The notes: a model not told the origin generated them from the sequence alone. Counted from the stretch's first letter, positions 13,767 through 26,183 are shown. The stretch: 64,000 nucleotides of DNA from Lama glama (GCA_028534125.1 CM052818.1:18540001-18604000); one strand, 5' to 3'. Translations and numbers: made by a program.

Positions 13767-14320
13767 CTGGTATATATCCAAAGGAAATGAAATCACTATC
13801 TCTAACAGATATCTGCATCCTGTGTTCACTGCAGCATTATTCATAATAGCCAGGATATGGAAACAACCTAAATGTCCCTTGACAGATGAATGGATAAAGA
13901 AAATGTGGTGGATATATACACAATGGAATATTTTTCAGACATAAAAAGAAGGAAATCTTGCCATTTTCAACAACATGGATGAAACTGAAGGGCATTATGC
14001 TAAGTGAAATAAGCCAGACAGAGAAAAACAAATACTAATAGTATCACATTTATATGTGGAATGTAGAAGAAAAAAAGAAAGCCAATTTCATAGAAATAGA
14101 GAATAAAATGGTGGTTGCCAGGGGCTTGGGGGGAAGGGGGAAATGGGGAAATATAGGTCAAAGGGTACAAACCTTCAGTTGTAAGAAGAATAAGTTCTAA
14201 GTATCGAACGTACAGCCTGATGACTATAGTTAAGAATACAGTATTGCACATTTGAAAATTGCTGAGTAGATCCTGTCAATTATCCCTCAATAAAGTCAGA
14301 GAAAAAAGAAAAAGGAGAAA
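13767..14320 (+). mobile_element. Old L1 (L1MA/L1MB-type) 3' fragment: ORF2 C-terminus, 3' UTR and A-rich tail
   Basis: ORF 13741-13944 reads 'FTAALFIIARIWKQPKCPLTDEWIKKMW' (L1 ORF2 C-terminus); ends 'caataaagtcagagaaaaaagaaaaagg'. Confidence 0.85.
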
Positions 14321-15571
14321 GCGGGTTGGGAATCACAGATTTTAGCCCAATGTTGCACAGCAGGAAGAATATCTGGATTCCGCCTGCTGGGTCATGTTAC
14401 CTTGTTCTGGTGACTGAATCTCTTGTGGTCCAGTTTCTTCCGCTATGAAAGAGAAATCCCCACCTCACACCATTGTTGAGTGGATAAAATAAGGGTATAG
14501 TGGGGTGGCATAATTCACAAAGCACGTTACACCAGTGGCAAGTCCCTCCTGGGACTGCAAGACACCTCACTGCCTGGGATCTGCTCGTCATGGCGGAGAT
14601 GTCCTCTCCTAGCAGCTAAGGCAGGCTGTACAGCACACACACATGAAAAGAAGGTAGCACCTCCCACCGCTCTTCTCCATGTTCCTGACGGTCGCTTCCC
14701 TCCTGAGATGTCCTGCTCCCCTGCCCTCCTCTCTTCCAGTCCATGGGCCAAATCCTCCAGTCACTGCAGATGCTTGATGAATATTGGTTGATGGTTCATC
14801 TCTGCCTTGCAGATGCTTTCTCCTGAGTTATCTTAACCCTAGGTTCCTTCGGCACTCACACGTCATCCTGTTGTGGTTTTGCTATTGCTGAGTAAGCACT
14901 CTTTTCTCACCTTTTATGTAATGCAAAATTTGAGAACACTTAGATTGTTCCTCTGGATATAAGTGAGTGCCTGAAGGAATCTCTATAGATGTTCCCCCAA
15001 AATGGCAGGAGATGCACATTTGATTTAACCACAGGAACAAAGTGGTCTAGTTGGGATAATATTAAAATAGGCTGCCTGGGGAAGATGGACTAGGCCAAAG
15101 TGGGAGCATGTTCTTAGTGAATCTTCCCTTCTCCTGCCTGCCTGGTTTTCAATTGTATTTTCACCATCCATTTCTCCACTCTACCCAAGATAGCTTCTTT
15201 CTGTCCTCCCAAACAAGCCTATAAGGCCAGCCTAGAACTATGCCTTAACTGTTAACTTGGTGCCAAGCCCTATTATCTATACAGGTTATTTTGATTAATC
15301 ATCATAACAACCCTGTGAAACAGGAAGTATTATTTCAATTTTATAGGTGAAGAAACTGAAACAGAGGGCTTAAATAACACACTCAGGGTCCGACAGCCAA
15401 GTAGTGGGAAAGTGGGGGTTTGAACCTGGGTGTGTCTGATCCCAAAGTTCACAGTCTTAACTACAAAATTACACATTCTTCGCTAAAGACCAAGAATAAG
15501 TCATGCCACATCTCTCTATTGATACAAGTTAGAATTTTCAACTTGAATCCAGTTGTTGGGTATTCTGTAGT

Positions 15572-15593
15572 CACACACACACACACACACACA
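15572..15593. repeat. (CA)11 microsatellite ~70 bp upstream of LHCGR exon 2
   Basis: Direct reading. Confidence 0.9.
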
Positions 15594-15665
15594 ATTTTAT
15601 TCATGAACTTAAAAGGCACCCAATCTTAAATCTTAAATTCTTGGCTTTCCATTTTTCTTTTCTAG

Positions 15666-15737
15666 ATCACTCACCTATCTCCCTATCAAAGTAATCCCAT
15701 CTCAAGCTTTCAGAGGACTTAATGAGGTCATAAAAAT
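15666..15737 (+). CDS. LHCGR: LHCGR exon 2 (72 nt; [23 protein letters not shown])
   Basis: ttttctttTCTAG acceptor and GTAAGT donor; the translation is the known LHCGR LRR sequence. Confidence 0.97.
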
Positions 15738-17684
15738 GTAAGTAAGATACTGCATATCAAAAGACATTTATAATTGGAATAAATTTTTTTTCTCAGAGAA
15801 CATATAGATAAGTTTTCTAGGAGAGAAACTGTGTTTAGAAAACCCTTATATTTTTTATCTTTACGAATAATATCCAGGGACCTTTGAAGAAAGGTATGAT
15901 TTTCAAGAGTCATTAAAATCCAGATAATTAACCTTGCTTCAGTGAACTGAATGCATTTTGATAGATGATGATAAACTACTCAAGTAGAAAAGAAGACAGA
16001 TTCCAATCATAAAAATTCTCCCTCTGCTAGAGCAGAGATTCCCTCATGTCACATTTTTAGATAACACCCACATAGAAGAAAATGTGTTGAAAGTTTATTG
16101 TGCATCAGAAGATTATCTTTGTATCTAAAATATGTATATGACAAAAACACAGTATTTATAGCCGTATTGATAAAAGGCATTTATCAAAAGCGGCCTGAGA
16201 ATTGCAATGTGATCTCATATTTGTGTTGGATGTAACTTCAATCCTGTGTCCCTGGGTTGGCTTCTAGGGCACAAGATCCCATACACGGAAAGAGAACTTT
16301 TGAAGGAGTCCAATATTCCAGCATCTTCCCCAATGTTAGTCTGGCTCAAAGGACCTCAGAGGCCATTTAGTTCCCAGAGAGTATCTCTGATCTTAGTAAT
16401 CCTCTGGGCTTTGGAAGCAGATCTGCATCTCTACAGAAGATGCTACCCCATCAGTCCTAGCCCCTTGGGGAATATGTGATTGCTCTTTAGGGTGTTGTCG
16501 AGCAATGAGGATATTAAAAATAATTCCTTAAGAATAAGTACATATTATAGGAAATTCACTGCAGGTTACAGAAATTTCAGTTTGCTTGAGCCTAACCCCT
16601 ACTCTTCTCTCAAGTTTAAATGTTGAGTTTTGATAACTTACAATGCATTAAGACTTCTTAGAGAGAAGTACAGCCACAGTTAAATCAGCAAACCATTAGG
16701 CAGGAATAAGATGAATCAGCCCAGGAACTTATCCATCACTGTGTTACTCATAAAAGACTTTAACTGCCTTCGGCTCAGCCTTTCTATGGGCTAAAGCTCT
16801 CATCAAGTCTGAAGCCTTCAGTGAATGTTAACCTTAGAATTCAAGGCTTTTTTTCTCAGCTGGCAGCAAATGGTAGCTTATGTTGGGATTTTAAGGTAAC
16901 ACTGACATTACCTACATGCTTGAGGGTGGTATATGGCAAAGCTGGTTCCTTTACTTTTGTGTCCTTTTGAAAAAAAAAATCTATTCACTCATTTATCTAT
17001 TCATTCATCCATACCCTCTGTGCCAGGCTATATGAAGCCACCAGAGATTCAGAAATGAACAGGATCTACTCCTGGTCCTCAGTTTGTTAACACAGTTAGG
17101 AAAACGGTCAGATAAATAGACAGTTACAACCCAAGAAGGACACTGCATGCAGGAGTCGACCACTTCACAACTACCTCAGAACTGGATTTGGGGAAAGGGG
17201 TAAAGAGTTAAGAAATAATGAGTTCTAACCCAAATTAAAACCTCACTAGAGGGATGGCACCGGGAACACAGACATTCTGATCCTAGTTCTGAATCTTCCT
17301 GTAAGCACTATTTGCCTCTCTTAGAGCTTTAATTTCCAAAGCTGGAAAACTAGGGCATCTGACAAGATTTTTCCCAAACGGCATGCCCATCTAACAATCG
17401 GTGACTCTGAGTCATAGATAAGGAAGAATCCTGTCACATCACCAAGGAATACTGAAACTTGCATTTCAACTGCATCTGGGTTGCATGTGCCCAAAAGTGC
17501 TCCTAAAGCAGGGGGTGTGAACACTTTATAATGTGAGGACAACTTAAGGCATTCCTATCCTTTTTTAAAAGGACACGCTGGAATCCCCAGTTGTTGGGTC
17601 ATGCACACAGCTTATTATCATGCGGACACAGTCATTTCTTTCATGTTTCTTCTTTTTCTTTTTTTTTTCCCCTCTCTCCCCTAG

Positions 17685-17759
17685 TGAAATCTCTCAGAGT
17701 GATTCCCTGGAAAAGATAGAAGCTAATGCCTTTGACAGCCTCCTCAATTTATCTGAAAT
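17685..17759 (+). CDS. LHCGR: LHCGR exon 3 (75 nt; EISQSDSLEKIEANAFDSLLNLSE)
   Basis: Long pyrimidine tract plus TAG, donor GTAAGC; LRR translation in frame with exons 2 and 4. Confidence 0.97.
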
Positions 17760-18549
17760 GTAAGCATCAGCTAACAGACAGTTTATTGCTATACACTATT
17801 ACCCTCGCTGGCTGGAGTCCACTCAGTATTTGTATTCAAGCATCCACTGCTAGAAATCCAAGAGGAAAAGACTACAGCAATTACTAGGTCTGGGCAGGCA
17901 CTAATTTCTCTCACTGCAGTGGCCTGAAGGTTGTCATGGTGACAACTGCTTCTCCCTGGGAGCTGTATAAACTCTGAAACATCACAACACAAAGTTGGAA
18001 ATTAAAATTGACATTGTGGAGTCCTGCCAGGTAGCTCCTACTTTATGGAAGGGAAGGTATAGAGTACTTAGGGTAGTGGGAAAATTTGGAAAGGAGCTTA
18101 GAAATCATGAATTCACTGGTGACTGCTTGGGCATATTCATCTATTTAGTAAATGGTTCTTGGAAACCTGCCATGTAAAAGAGTTTGGCATGTGTATGTTG
18201 GATTTGTTGCTGGTATTGTGATGTTTTAGAACTAATTCTTAAAAATAACTCTTTCCAAATTATCATTTTCCTCTAATTTACAAAAAAAAAAAAAAAAGAT
18301 GGGAGAAGACTGGCTCTATTTAGTTTTCAGATGATGAACCTGTGGCCCAAAGCGGTTAACTGACTTGCCTGATGTCACAAAACAAGTTAGTGCCAGAGTT
18401 GGGACTAGAAGTCAGGTCACAGGACTCCTAAACCAGGTTTCTTACTGTTGCCTTGCTTGGCCCCAACCTGAGCTTCCACAAACTTCATCTGCGTGGGAGT
18501 TTGGAAAGTTAAGGAAGGGGGAAGGATGTTAGCAACAAATAGATTTTGA

Positions 18550-18765
18550 GCACTTGTGTTTGGTCTTTATTTCCTCCAGGTTGTGCCATTTAATCCTCAC
18601 AGCTGCCCTGCAAAGTGGGGTAATTATCCCTTTTGTTCAGGGGAAGGAATGGAGGCTCAGGGTGGTCAGTAATTTGACCGAAGTGGCATCTTGGACAATG
18701 GTAGGGCTGGAATTCAACCCCGGCCAGTCTTCCTTCAAAGCTTATGCATTTTCCACTGTACCACA
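18550..18765 (-). mobile_element. MIR SINE
   Basis: 'atttaatcctcacagctgccctgcaaagtgggg...ggaggctcagggtggtcagtaatttgacc...gggctggaattcaaccc' MIR core in reverse; approximate ends. Confidence 0.65.
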
Positions 18766-20717
18766 AGGCCTCCCTATGAATGGTTCAGTTGGCAATTATC
18801 TTAAGAGAATAATTAATTCATAAGTATGTGGGCACACATGTCCACCCAACGGTCAAGTGCTACTGAAACACAGAGGAGGGAAAATATAAATCTCCCCCAA
18901 GACATGACAGTGTAGCCAGGGAGGTAAGACTAACTCACCAATTATGGGAAATCCAAAATAATGAGTATTTAAGTGCAAAAGGTATAGTCTGGACTTGGCT
19001 GTGATGTAGAATTTCATGGGGGTGGGGAGTGATGGGAAGGTCATTATCACTATAGATGACAGTCCTATCCCAGACCTGGAAATCTGCAAACCTACAGTTT
19101 TAACAGATTTCCCAAGAGAAGTTGAAACAGAACAGCTTAAGATAAATAAAACTGCTCAGGATGCAAAGCAACATTGATTAATAGATAAAGTAACAATTTA
19201 TTGATACAGAAAGAAAAATGAAGTGCTCCAAGGGAAAGTTTATGGACTTTACCCAAGGAAGGCCCTGAGACTAGAATGTTTGCTCCCCACAAGCTCTCTT
19301 TGCTTTGTTCACAGCGGTATCCTCAGCACCTGGAACAATGCCTGACACACACAGGTGCTCAGTAAATGTTGAATGAACGAATGGATGGATGCGTGGTCTA
19401 AGGCCAGACCCACAAGGATTCCTAAGAAGTAAAAGTTCCTTTCATCCTATCTACATAATGCCTTACACAGTCTGTGATTGCTTGTAATTGTGTAAAAATA
19501 ATTACAACAAAATGTCATTCACCTCTAAAGAATCAAAGGGACAAAAAAGATGGAAATAGGTACCAATGGTGGGTAACTAGAGTAAGGCGGAACATCCACC
19601 AGACGTGGAATCAGAAAAACTGGGCTCACCTCCAAGTTCCTCTACTTCTTAGCTCTGTGACTCCAAGACAGATCACCCAACTTCCTGATTTCATCAACTC
19701 TGATAATCATTGTTAACACTGGTGGAGGCTTTACTGTGAACCAGACAGGCACATTTACTCCTCAAAAACTGTCCTATGAGGAGACCATGCTTTAAGTGAC
19801 GTATCCAAGGTCATACAGTTAGTACAATCAGCATGTAAAACCAAACTGATTCCAGAGCCTGTCCACCTAACCAATACACTGTATTTTCTCTACAGAACAA
19901 GACTAATTATCATTTCCTTGGGTGGTTGTTACATGGCTTTACAAAAGCCAAAGGCATTTACTGGCCTTTTGTTAACTCCAAAGTAGACAGGACCTGCAAA
20001 TGTGGCTGCTTCTCAGGGGATCGAAGTCACTGGGGAACTCGGGAGAAGAGCAGTAACACCACTGCAGTACCATGGATGTAAGTCCATACTTTGCAAAGCC
20101 TTGCCTTGTACATTATCCCAACCTATTCTATTACTCACTACCTACCAACCTGTGAAGTAGGAAGAGGGTTATTATTATGCCAGTTTTACAGAAGGGAACA
20201 CTAGCTCAGAGATGTTAGGAGGTGAGGCCTCATCACACAACAAATTATCTATAGCATGGGCATAAAATCCCCCAAATCCAAGCCCTTGGACTCTGGCCTG
20301 GGAGTTTCCAAAGACTGAGTGCCCATCTGGATAACTGGTCAGTATGGCTGCCAGCTCAATATGAAGACGAGTTTGCCTACAAGGAAAAGAAGCTAATTTG
20401 CTCATTTCTCCTGGGAGTGGGATCTCCCATCACCCTCAGGGTGCTGCTCCATGGCGGGTAGAGACCTACCTAGCCAGGAGCCCTGGATGTTGGTGCTTCT
20501 TCTAGGGGTACAAAGGAGTTTGGAACAGGCCCCCAGCTATGATGCTTTCACCTGTCTCAACAAGAAGTTGAGAGCAGAACCTGGCAATAACCAACTGGCT
20601 CTCATCATTCTGTTTCCATCCCCAGGGTCTCAGGAGTGACTCTCAAGCACAGGAAAATCACTTGATTTTGCTGATGCCATTTTCAGCCAGCATCTTCTGG
20701 TAACCATAGTCTTCTGA

Positions 20718-20852
<135 letters not shown>

Positions 20853-22857
20853 TGAGGAATTTTCCTTTTTTAAGCAACTGGGGAGGAGAATGTGGGCATC
20901 TGATGAAAACCTAAATAATTAGAAGGTTGGGAAGAATTTCTAAACCGTATACTTAGCCTTATTTGCATGTCTGTCTTCAGCCTTCTGATTAAAACTTAAT
21001 CAGCATTTCTTATTAGCCACCATGCTGGGTACTTTCGAATACACTTAAGTGGTTCCCAATGCCTTCTCTGTCCCGAACATCCAAAAAGACTATCACCCCT
21101 GTACAGTGATTTTCAAAGTGATGGTGGTAATGGGGTGGGGAGGTCAGGACACTCGAATAAGGGTAAATCGAAATCTCTAAGGTGAGGTGGTGATGTAGAC
21201 TGAGCACAGGTGAACGTTAGAGAAGCAATTCTGATCTGACCCCTATCTCTGGTTGAGAATTACTCATCTCCTTTCTTTCATGTGTTCATTTATTCATCAA
21301 GTAAAAACTTTTTAAGTATTTTGAGGTAGGCGCTATGCCATACAAATGAAATCATTATTTTCTATTTCCCATTAAACCTTATTAAGTCCACTAGTCAGAA
21401 TTATATGTTGAGTACCACTGTAGCCCAGCAGATTCACTGCCTTGCCAACAAAACCAGAATTTCTGAAACTTGATACAACCTATACATTTATCCCTATGGA
21501 CCTTCTCACATATCAAGTAACCACTTACCAACCCAGAAAAAAATTAGCATTGAACCCTCTAATATAGATGTCCTTTCTCTCTTCTTCTTGATGAATTAAA
21601 TTCCAGAAAATCTCCAGAGGATGCAAAGTCCACAATTCCTACCACCATTTAAAAAAAGTTAAAAAGTAAGTAGGGGCAGACATCTCCCCAGTGTTCCACA
21701 TCATGTAAGCAGTCCTGCCTGGGGCACTGGTGTAGCTCCTTCAGCTGCTTTGATGCTGGAGAATGATTCCTAACCCAGGTATTCTGCTTTTCTTGACCTC
21801 CAAGGGGTCTACAGGACACATAAGCATCTACAGCATCAACCACTTTGGAAAAACCCAGAAATCAAATTTGACCACTGTGGCCCCTTGTTATCTAAGAATC
21901 ATCATCTTTATTGAATAGCATTTTCACTCCAGAAAAGTGGTATTTCTCCGACCCCAGTACACACTGCAACCCAAGCCCACACGGCCTTTACCCGCCACAG
22001 ACAGGGCAAGGATCCTGTGAGATCTGGAGTATCAGGTAAGGAGGAGGCTAGAGAGAGCCAAAAGAGAAACCTGGCTTCTTTTCGTTGTTACCAGAGTGCC
22101 AGGCAGTTCATTTCAGTTGTCCAGAGTCCATGACTGGTGAATTTAAAATTTGGTCAGGGGAGATCCAGATGTCTGGACCCTGCTCAAGAAGTCTCGTTTT
22201 TCTGTAATAAAATATCCTTTCATTTACTCTATCACTGAAGCCTCTCTCTTTTTTGAAGGCTAAATAAAAGATGGGAGGAAAGGAAGAGGTGTCTTGAGTA
22301 GCTCCAATAACCAAAAGAATGTTGATCTCAGTGAGATACAAGGGAGAACTCCCTGAATTGCGAGGAAGCTAAGTAAAGGGAGATTTTTAATCACGAAGGA
22401 TAGGGATTTCTCATACAGAGATTAATCCTCCTGAAGTGTTGGAGTTCAAACCTGTTCTAAAGTAGAGGGATGCTTTCGAGAACCATCAAGAGCATGGGAT
22501 CAACTACCAAAGGAAATGGAATGCAGTACAACAGGAAAAAGCAATTGATGCAATAGGAAAAGGCAGGCTGGAAATAGAAACATAAATGGAAAAAGCCTAA
22601 AAGTTTGGTCTCAGCCCCTCGATCTCTAAATAGGAGTCATTAGAGCAACTTCTCCCACAGTGTTAGGTGCTTTGAAATTCTGATGATCTTCAACAGCTAA
22701 AAGTGTTACTGATAAAGCCAAACTCCAGGGTTTTGAATTTAATGTGAAAAGAATATTGGCAAAGTGCTTTTCTGTTTTTTTTTTAATTTATTTTATGCCT
22801 TACTAACGATCACTTTTACTCACTGTGCCTACATCGCCACACTGCCCCAAATCGCAG

Positions 22858-22932
22858 AAGCATCTGTAACACAGGCATCCGAAAGCTTCCAGATGTTACG
22901 AAGATCTTCTCCTCGGAATTTAATTTCATTCT
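22858..22932 (+). CDS. LHCGR: LHCGR exon 5 (75 nt; [24 protein letters not shown])
   Basis: CAG acceptor, GTAAGT donor, in frame; followed by an 88-nt intron. Confidence 0.97.
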
Positions 22933-23020
22933 GTAAGTACCAGACTGATTGCTATGCATAACACTTTCCTATTTGCAGCTAAAATTTGGAAAGTAAATAT
23001 TTCTCGTTTCATTCCTCAAG

Positions 23021-23098
23021 GGAAATTTGTGATAACTTACACATCACCACCGTACCAGGAAATGCTTTTCAAGGGATGAATAACGAGTCCGTAACACT
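23021..23098 (+). CDS. LHCGR: LHCGR exon 6 (78 nt; [25 protein letters not shown])
   Basis: AAG acceptor, GTGAGT donor; includes the NES glycosylation sequon. Confidence 0.97.
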
Positions 23099-23709
23099 GT
23101 GAGTAAGCCTGCATATTCAGGCTCTGCCATACAGCGCCTGCTATTCTCACTTCTAGCTTGAGGTGAGCCCTTTCTCGTCTTTTACCATGTTCCTAACTCG
23201 CCAGCGACATCCTTTTTGACCTAAAATACCAAGGGTTAAAGGAGTTGTGTGGGACAGCCGCTGGGTCATATGTTCATATGACAGCCAGCCAACCCATTAA
23301 GTTTCAAATTAATCAAATGGGCCCTGAGGATTTACAGTGACCGAATTTCCAACTGATGAAATTGTTCACTACATCCGTGGACTGCTTTGAAGCTGAGAAG
23401 AGACAGCCTGGAGGGGGTGGCTGTGTTGGTTAAGAGAGAGCACAGAAATTTCAAGTTTCAACTGAAAAGAATTTGGGAGGATATTCTCCAAGTAGGTAGA
23501 GTAGTCGGTCAACGGACCCTGCTCACTCTCTTGCTTTCTCTCATTTTTCACCTTCCCCTTGGAACCTGCTCACTTTATTTCTGAAGCAACGTCATCTATG
23601 CCCATTCCCTAAATCCTTTAACACTTGAAAATAATGTCTCTTTATCTGCCAATTACACATCAGGTTACCAGGCTCACAGGCCTATCCCTTTCATGCCCTT
23701 TCCTAAGGA

Positions 23710-23870
23710 CTTGTTATGTAAAGTATGGTCCCTGGACAAGCTTTTACAGCATCTTCTGAGAGTTGGTCAGAAATACAGACTCTCAGGCTCATCCCAGACC
23801 CACCAACTTAGAATCTGCATTTTCATAAGATTCCAAGCAATCACATGCCCATTAAAGTTCAAGGGACATC
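23710..23870. mobile_element. MER5-family DNA transposon fossil just upstream of the exon 6A-like element
   Basis: 'aaagtatggtccctggac...agaaatacagactctcaggctcatcccagacc...agaatctgcatttttcataagattcc...taaagttcaaggga'. Confidence 0.65.
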
Positions 23871-24089
23871 ATATTAAGATAACCCAACTCATTCTCTTCA
23901 CTGTCCACCTGCTTGACTTCCTTCCTTCTGGGATCCCTGCCATCTTCACATGGGGCACCCTCCTTTGCCCCATCATTCAGAGGCAACGTCCTGGGTACCA
24001 TGTCTCATTTATATCCAAAGCTCAGTGACTCATCTTCAATTCTGCTCCCCACATCCACATCCCTCTACCTTGTTCTGCTTTGGTTACAG

Positions 24090-24248
24090 CCCATGGCAGG
24101 ATTGTGATGAGGCAATAAATGAGCTTAAATGCCCTCAACAAAAGAGAGAACATGCATTAGATGACCCTGAAATGAGGAAGTGGTCATAAAGCAAAAGAAG
24201 AGACCAGCTCACAGAGGACTTCTTTTATATAATGGATTCTAGAAATTG
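24090..24248 (+). other. LHCGR: Putative cryptic exon orthologous to LHCGR exon 6A (in-frame PWQDCDEAINELKCPQQKREHALDDPEMRKWS*; 159-nt cassette)
   Basis: Pyrimidine-rich, AG-free 62 nt then CAG (AG at 24088-24089); phase matches exon 6; TAA at 24187-24189; TTG|GTATCA donor at 24249. The peptide resembles the human exon 6A peptide as recalled. Confidence 0.65.
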
Positions 24249-24929
24249 GTATCAATGGTAAACTGCATTTGCACAGTACTTTTGTGGACATGTAATTCAA
24301 TACATATAATTGTCATGTGACAAAGTTGTGGCCAATGCAGCCCTGATTCAGAGCATTACAATCAAAAGAATATAGAGCAGCAACAAAAATAACTTCAAAA
24401 TAACTCGTATTCTTAACTTGCAAATCTTGAACACCAGAAAGGATACTTGATCTAGAAAACCTTCTTGAATACCCAAGTCTTTCAACTCCTCCACTTCTGT
24501 CACGTACTGTAGCTCTTCCAGCTGTTTATAAAGTGTTTCTGACTCACCATTGCATATGGATTTGGAAGTACTCACTCATCATGTCCCCTGTCAGAAACAG
24601 GGCATTTATAGAGCAAGCACTGAGTGGGGAGGTACTGCACACCTTAGGATTTGTGGTGTTTCCATGTCTTTATTGAGAACACAAAAGACATAAAAGATCC
24701 ATGTCTTTTAGAAGCTTGTAATCTCAATGGGAGAAAACATGACATAATGAAAGAATAATACAAGCCAATAGACATTCACCATGAGAGTGTGTGGTACACA
24801 GAAATGAGAAGTCTTGGAGAAGTCCTCTTGGGCTAAAGAAGTCAAAGAGGCTGGATGGAGGAGCTGAGACTTGAGTTAGACCTTGGAGATCAGTAACATT
24901 TGTATGGGTAAAGGTGATAATGGCAGCAA

Positions 24930-25140
24930 ATATTTATACAGCCCTTATTAAATGCCTCTGCTGCTTTTCAGTACTTTTTTTTTTTAACTCATTTAAGTCT
25001 CACAGCAACCTGATGAGGTAGGGATCATCAGCTCCATTTTTAGATGAGGAAACCAAGGCACTGAGAAGTTAAGTAATTTACTCAAGGTCAAGATTTAGAC
25101 CCAGATGGTCTTCGCTCCAGAGTCATGGTCTTAACCATCA
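24930..25140 (-). mobile_element. MIR SINE
   Basis: 'ctccatttttagatgaggaaaccaaggcactgagaagttaagtaatttactcaaggtca' MIR core. Confidence 0.75.
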
Positions 25141-26183
25141 TGTGGTATCACATACTGAGAAAAGGGGACTAAGTATTCCAAGTGAACATAAGCGAAAGCA
25201 TGGCTGTGGGAAGGAGGAAAACAGGATGAGGCATATGCACTGGGAGTAAACATCTTGCTTAAAAAATGAGAAATACGTTTAGATAAATGACAAGGGGGAG
25301 GAGATTGCAGAGGGTCTTGAATGCAGGGAAAAGGGGATAAAGGCTTAGAAGTAACTCAAAAAAAGTATTAAAGAAAAACCACTCAGTAGAGTAGTCTTTA
25401 TTCAGAGATCACAAATACCCAAGACTCCCTTCAATTTTGACCTAAATCTAACAATAATCAGGAACCAATAGGTACCCCTCCCAGGTAAATGGACTGTGAT
25501 GGGAGTGGAGTGGAACAGGACTGAATGAGCAGACAATGTGGAAGAAGATCAATAAGCAAATGAAAGTTGAGATAACCCACTGTGGGATATGAGCTCATAA
25601 GAGGGGGCCACCTCACCAAACCCAAGGAGCAACCAAAGATTTGTTCTTACACATCATGTTTTAGCATCTGTACACAAGCACTGCACACTGTTTCTATTAG
25701 GGGCCATTAACTTGCATTAGTTATAGTTTTAAGAAGAATAGTGCCTACCAGCAGGGTGGACTTGCCCCACCGCTGAAGTTAATGAAAAGTGCAGCTCCAT
25801 TGCTCCTAGAGAGCCTGTGGGGGCGTTATGTGTCCATCCCCCTCCCTACTCACGGCTCTTCCTCTGGAGAAGAGTGATTAGTCATTTGCTTGGCCCTTGT
25901 TCTCAGCTGAATGGGCCCTTCTGGGAGTGAAGGAGTGCCCCGCTGGAGGAGGGTATTACATTTAAAGAGGAAAGCCTTATTTCCTCAGCTATAAAGTTCA
26001 ACTCTTTAATTAGAAAATAATGAAAGCAAGCCTCCTTTTCCCATTATTAGCAGTGCTTGAGATTTTGCTTTTGTGGAACCTTTCCTGCCCTCCCCCCACC
26101 CAGACCTTTACCAACTGTGAGCTCATTTAATGAAAACAAAACACTTGACCTGATGCTGGAGAAGCTCAGTGGGGCTAATGCTA

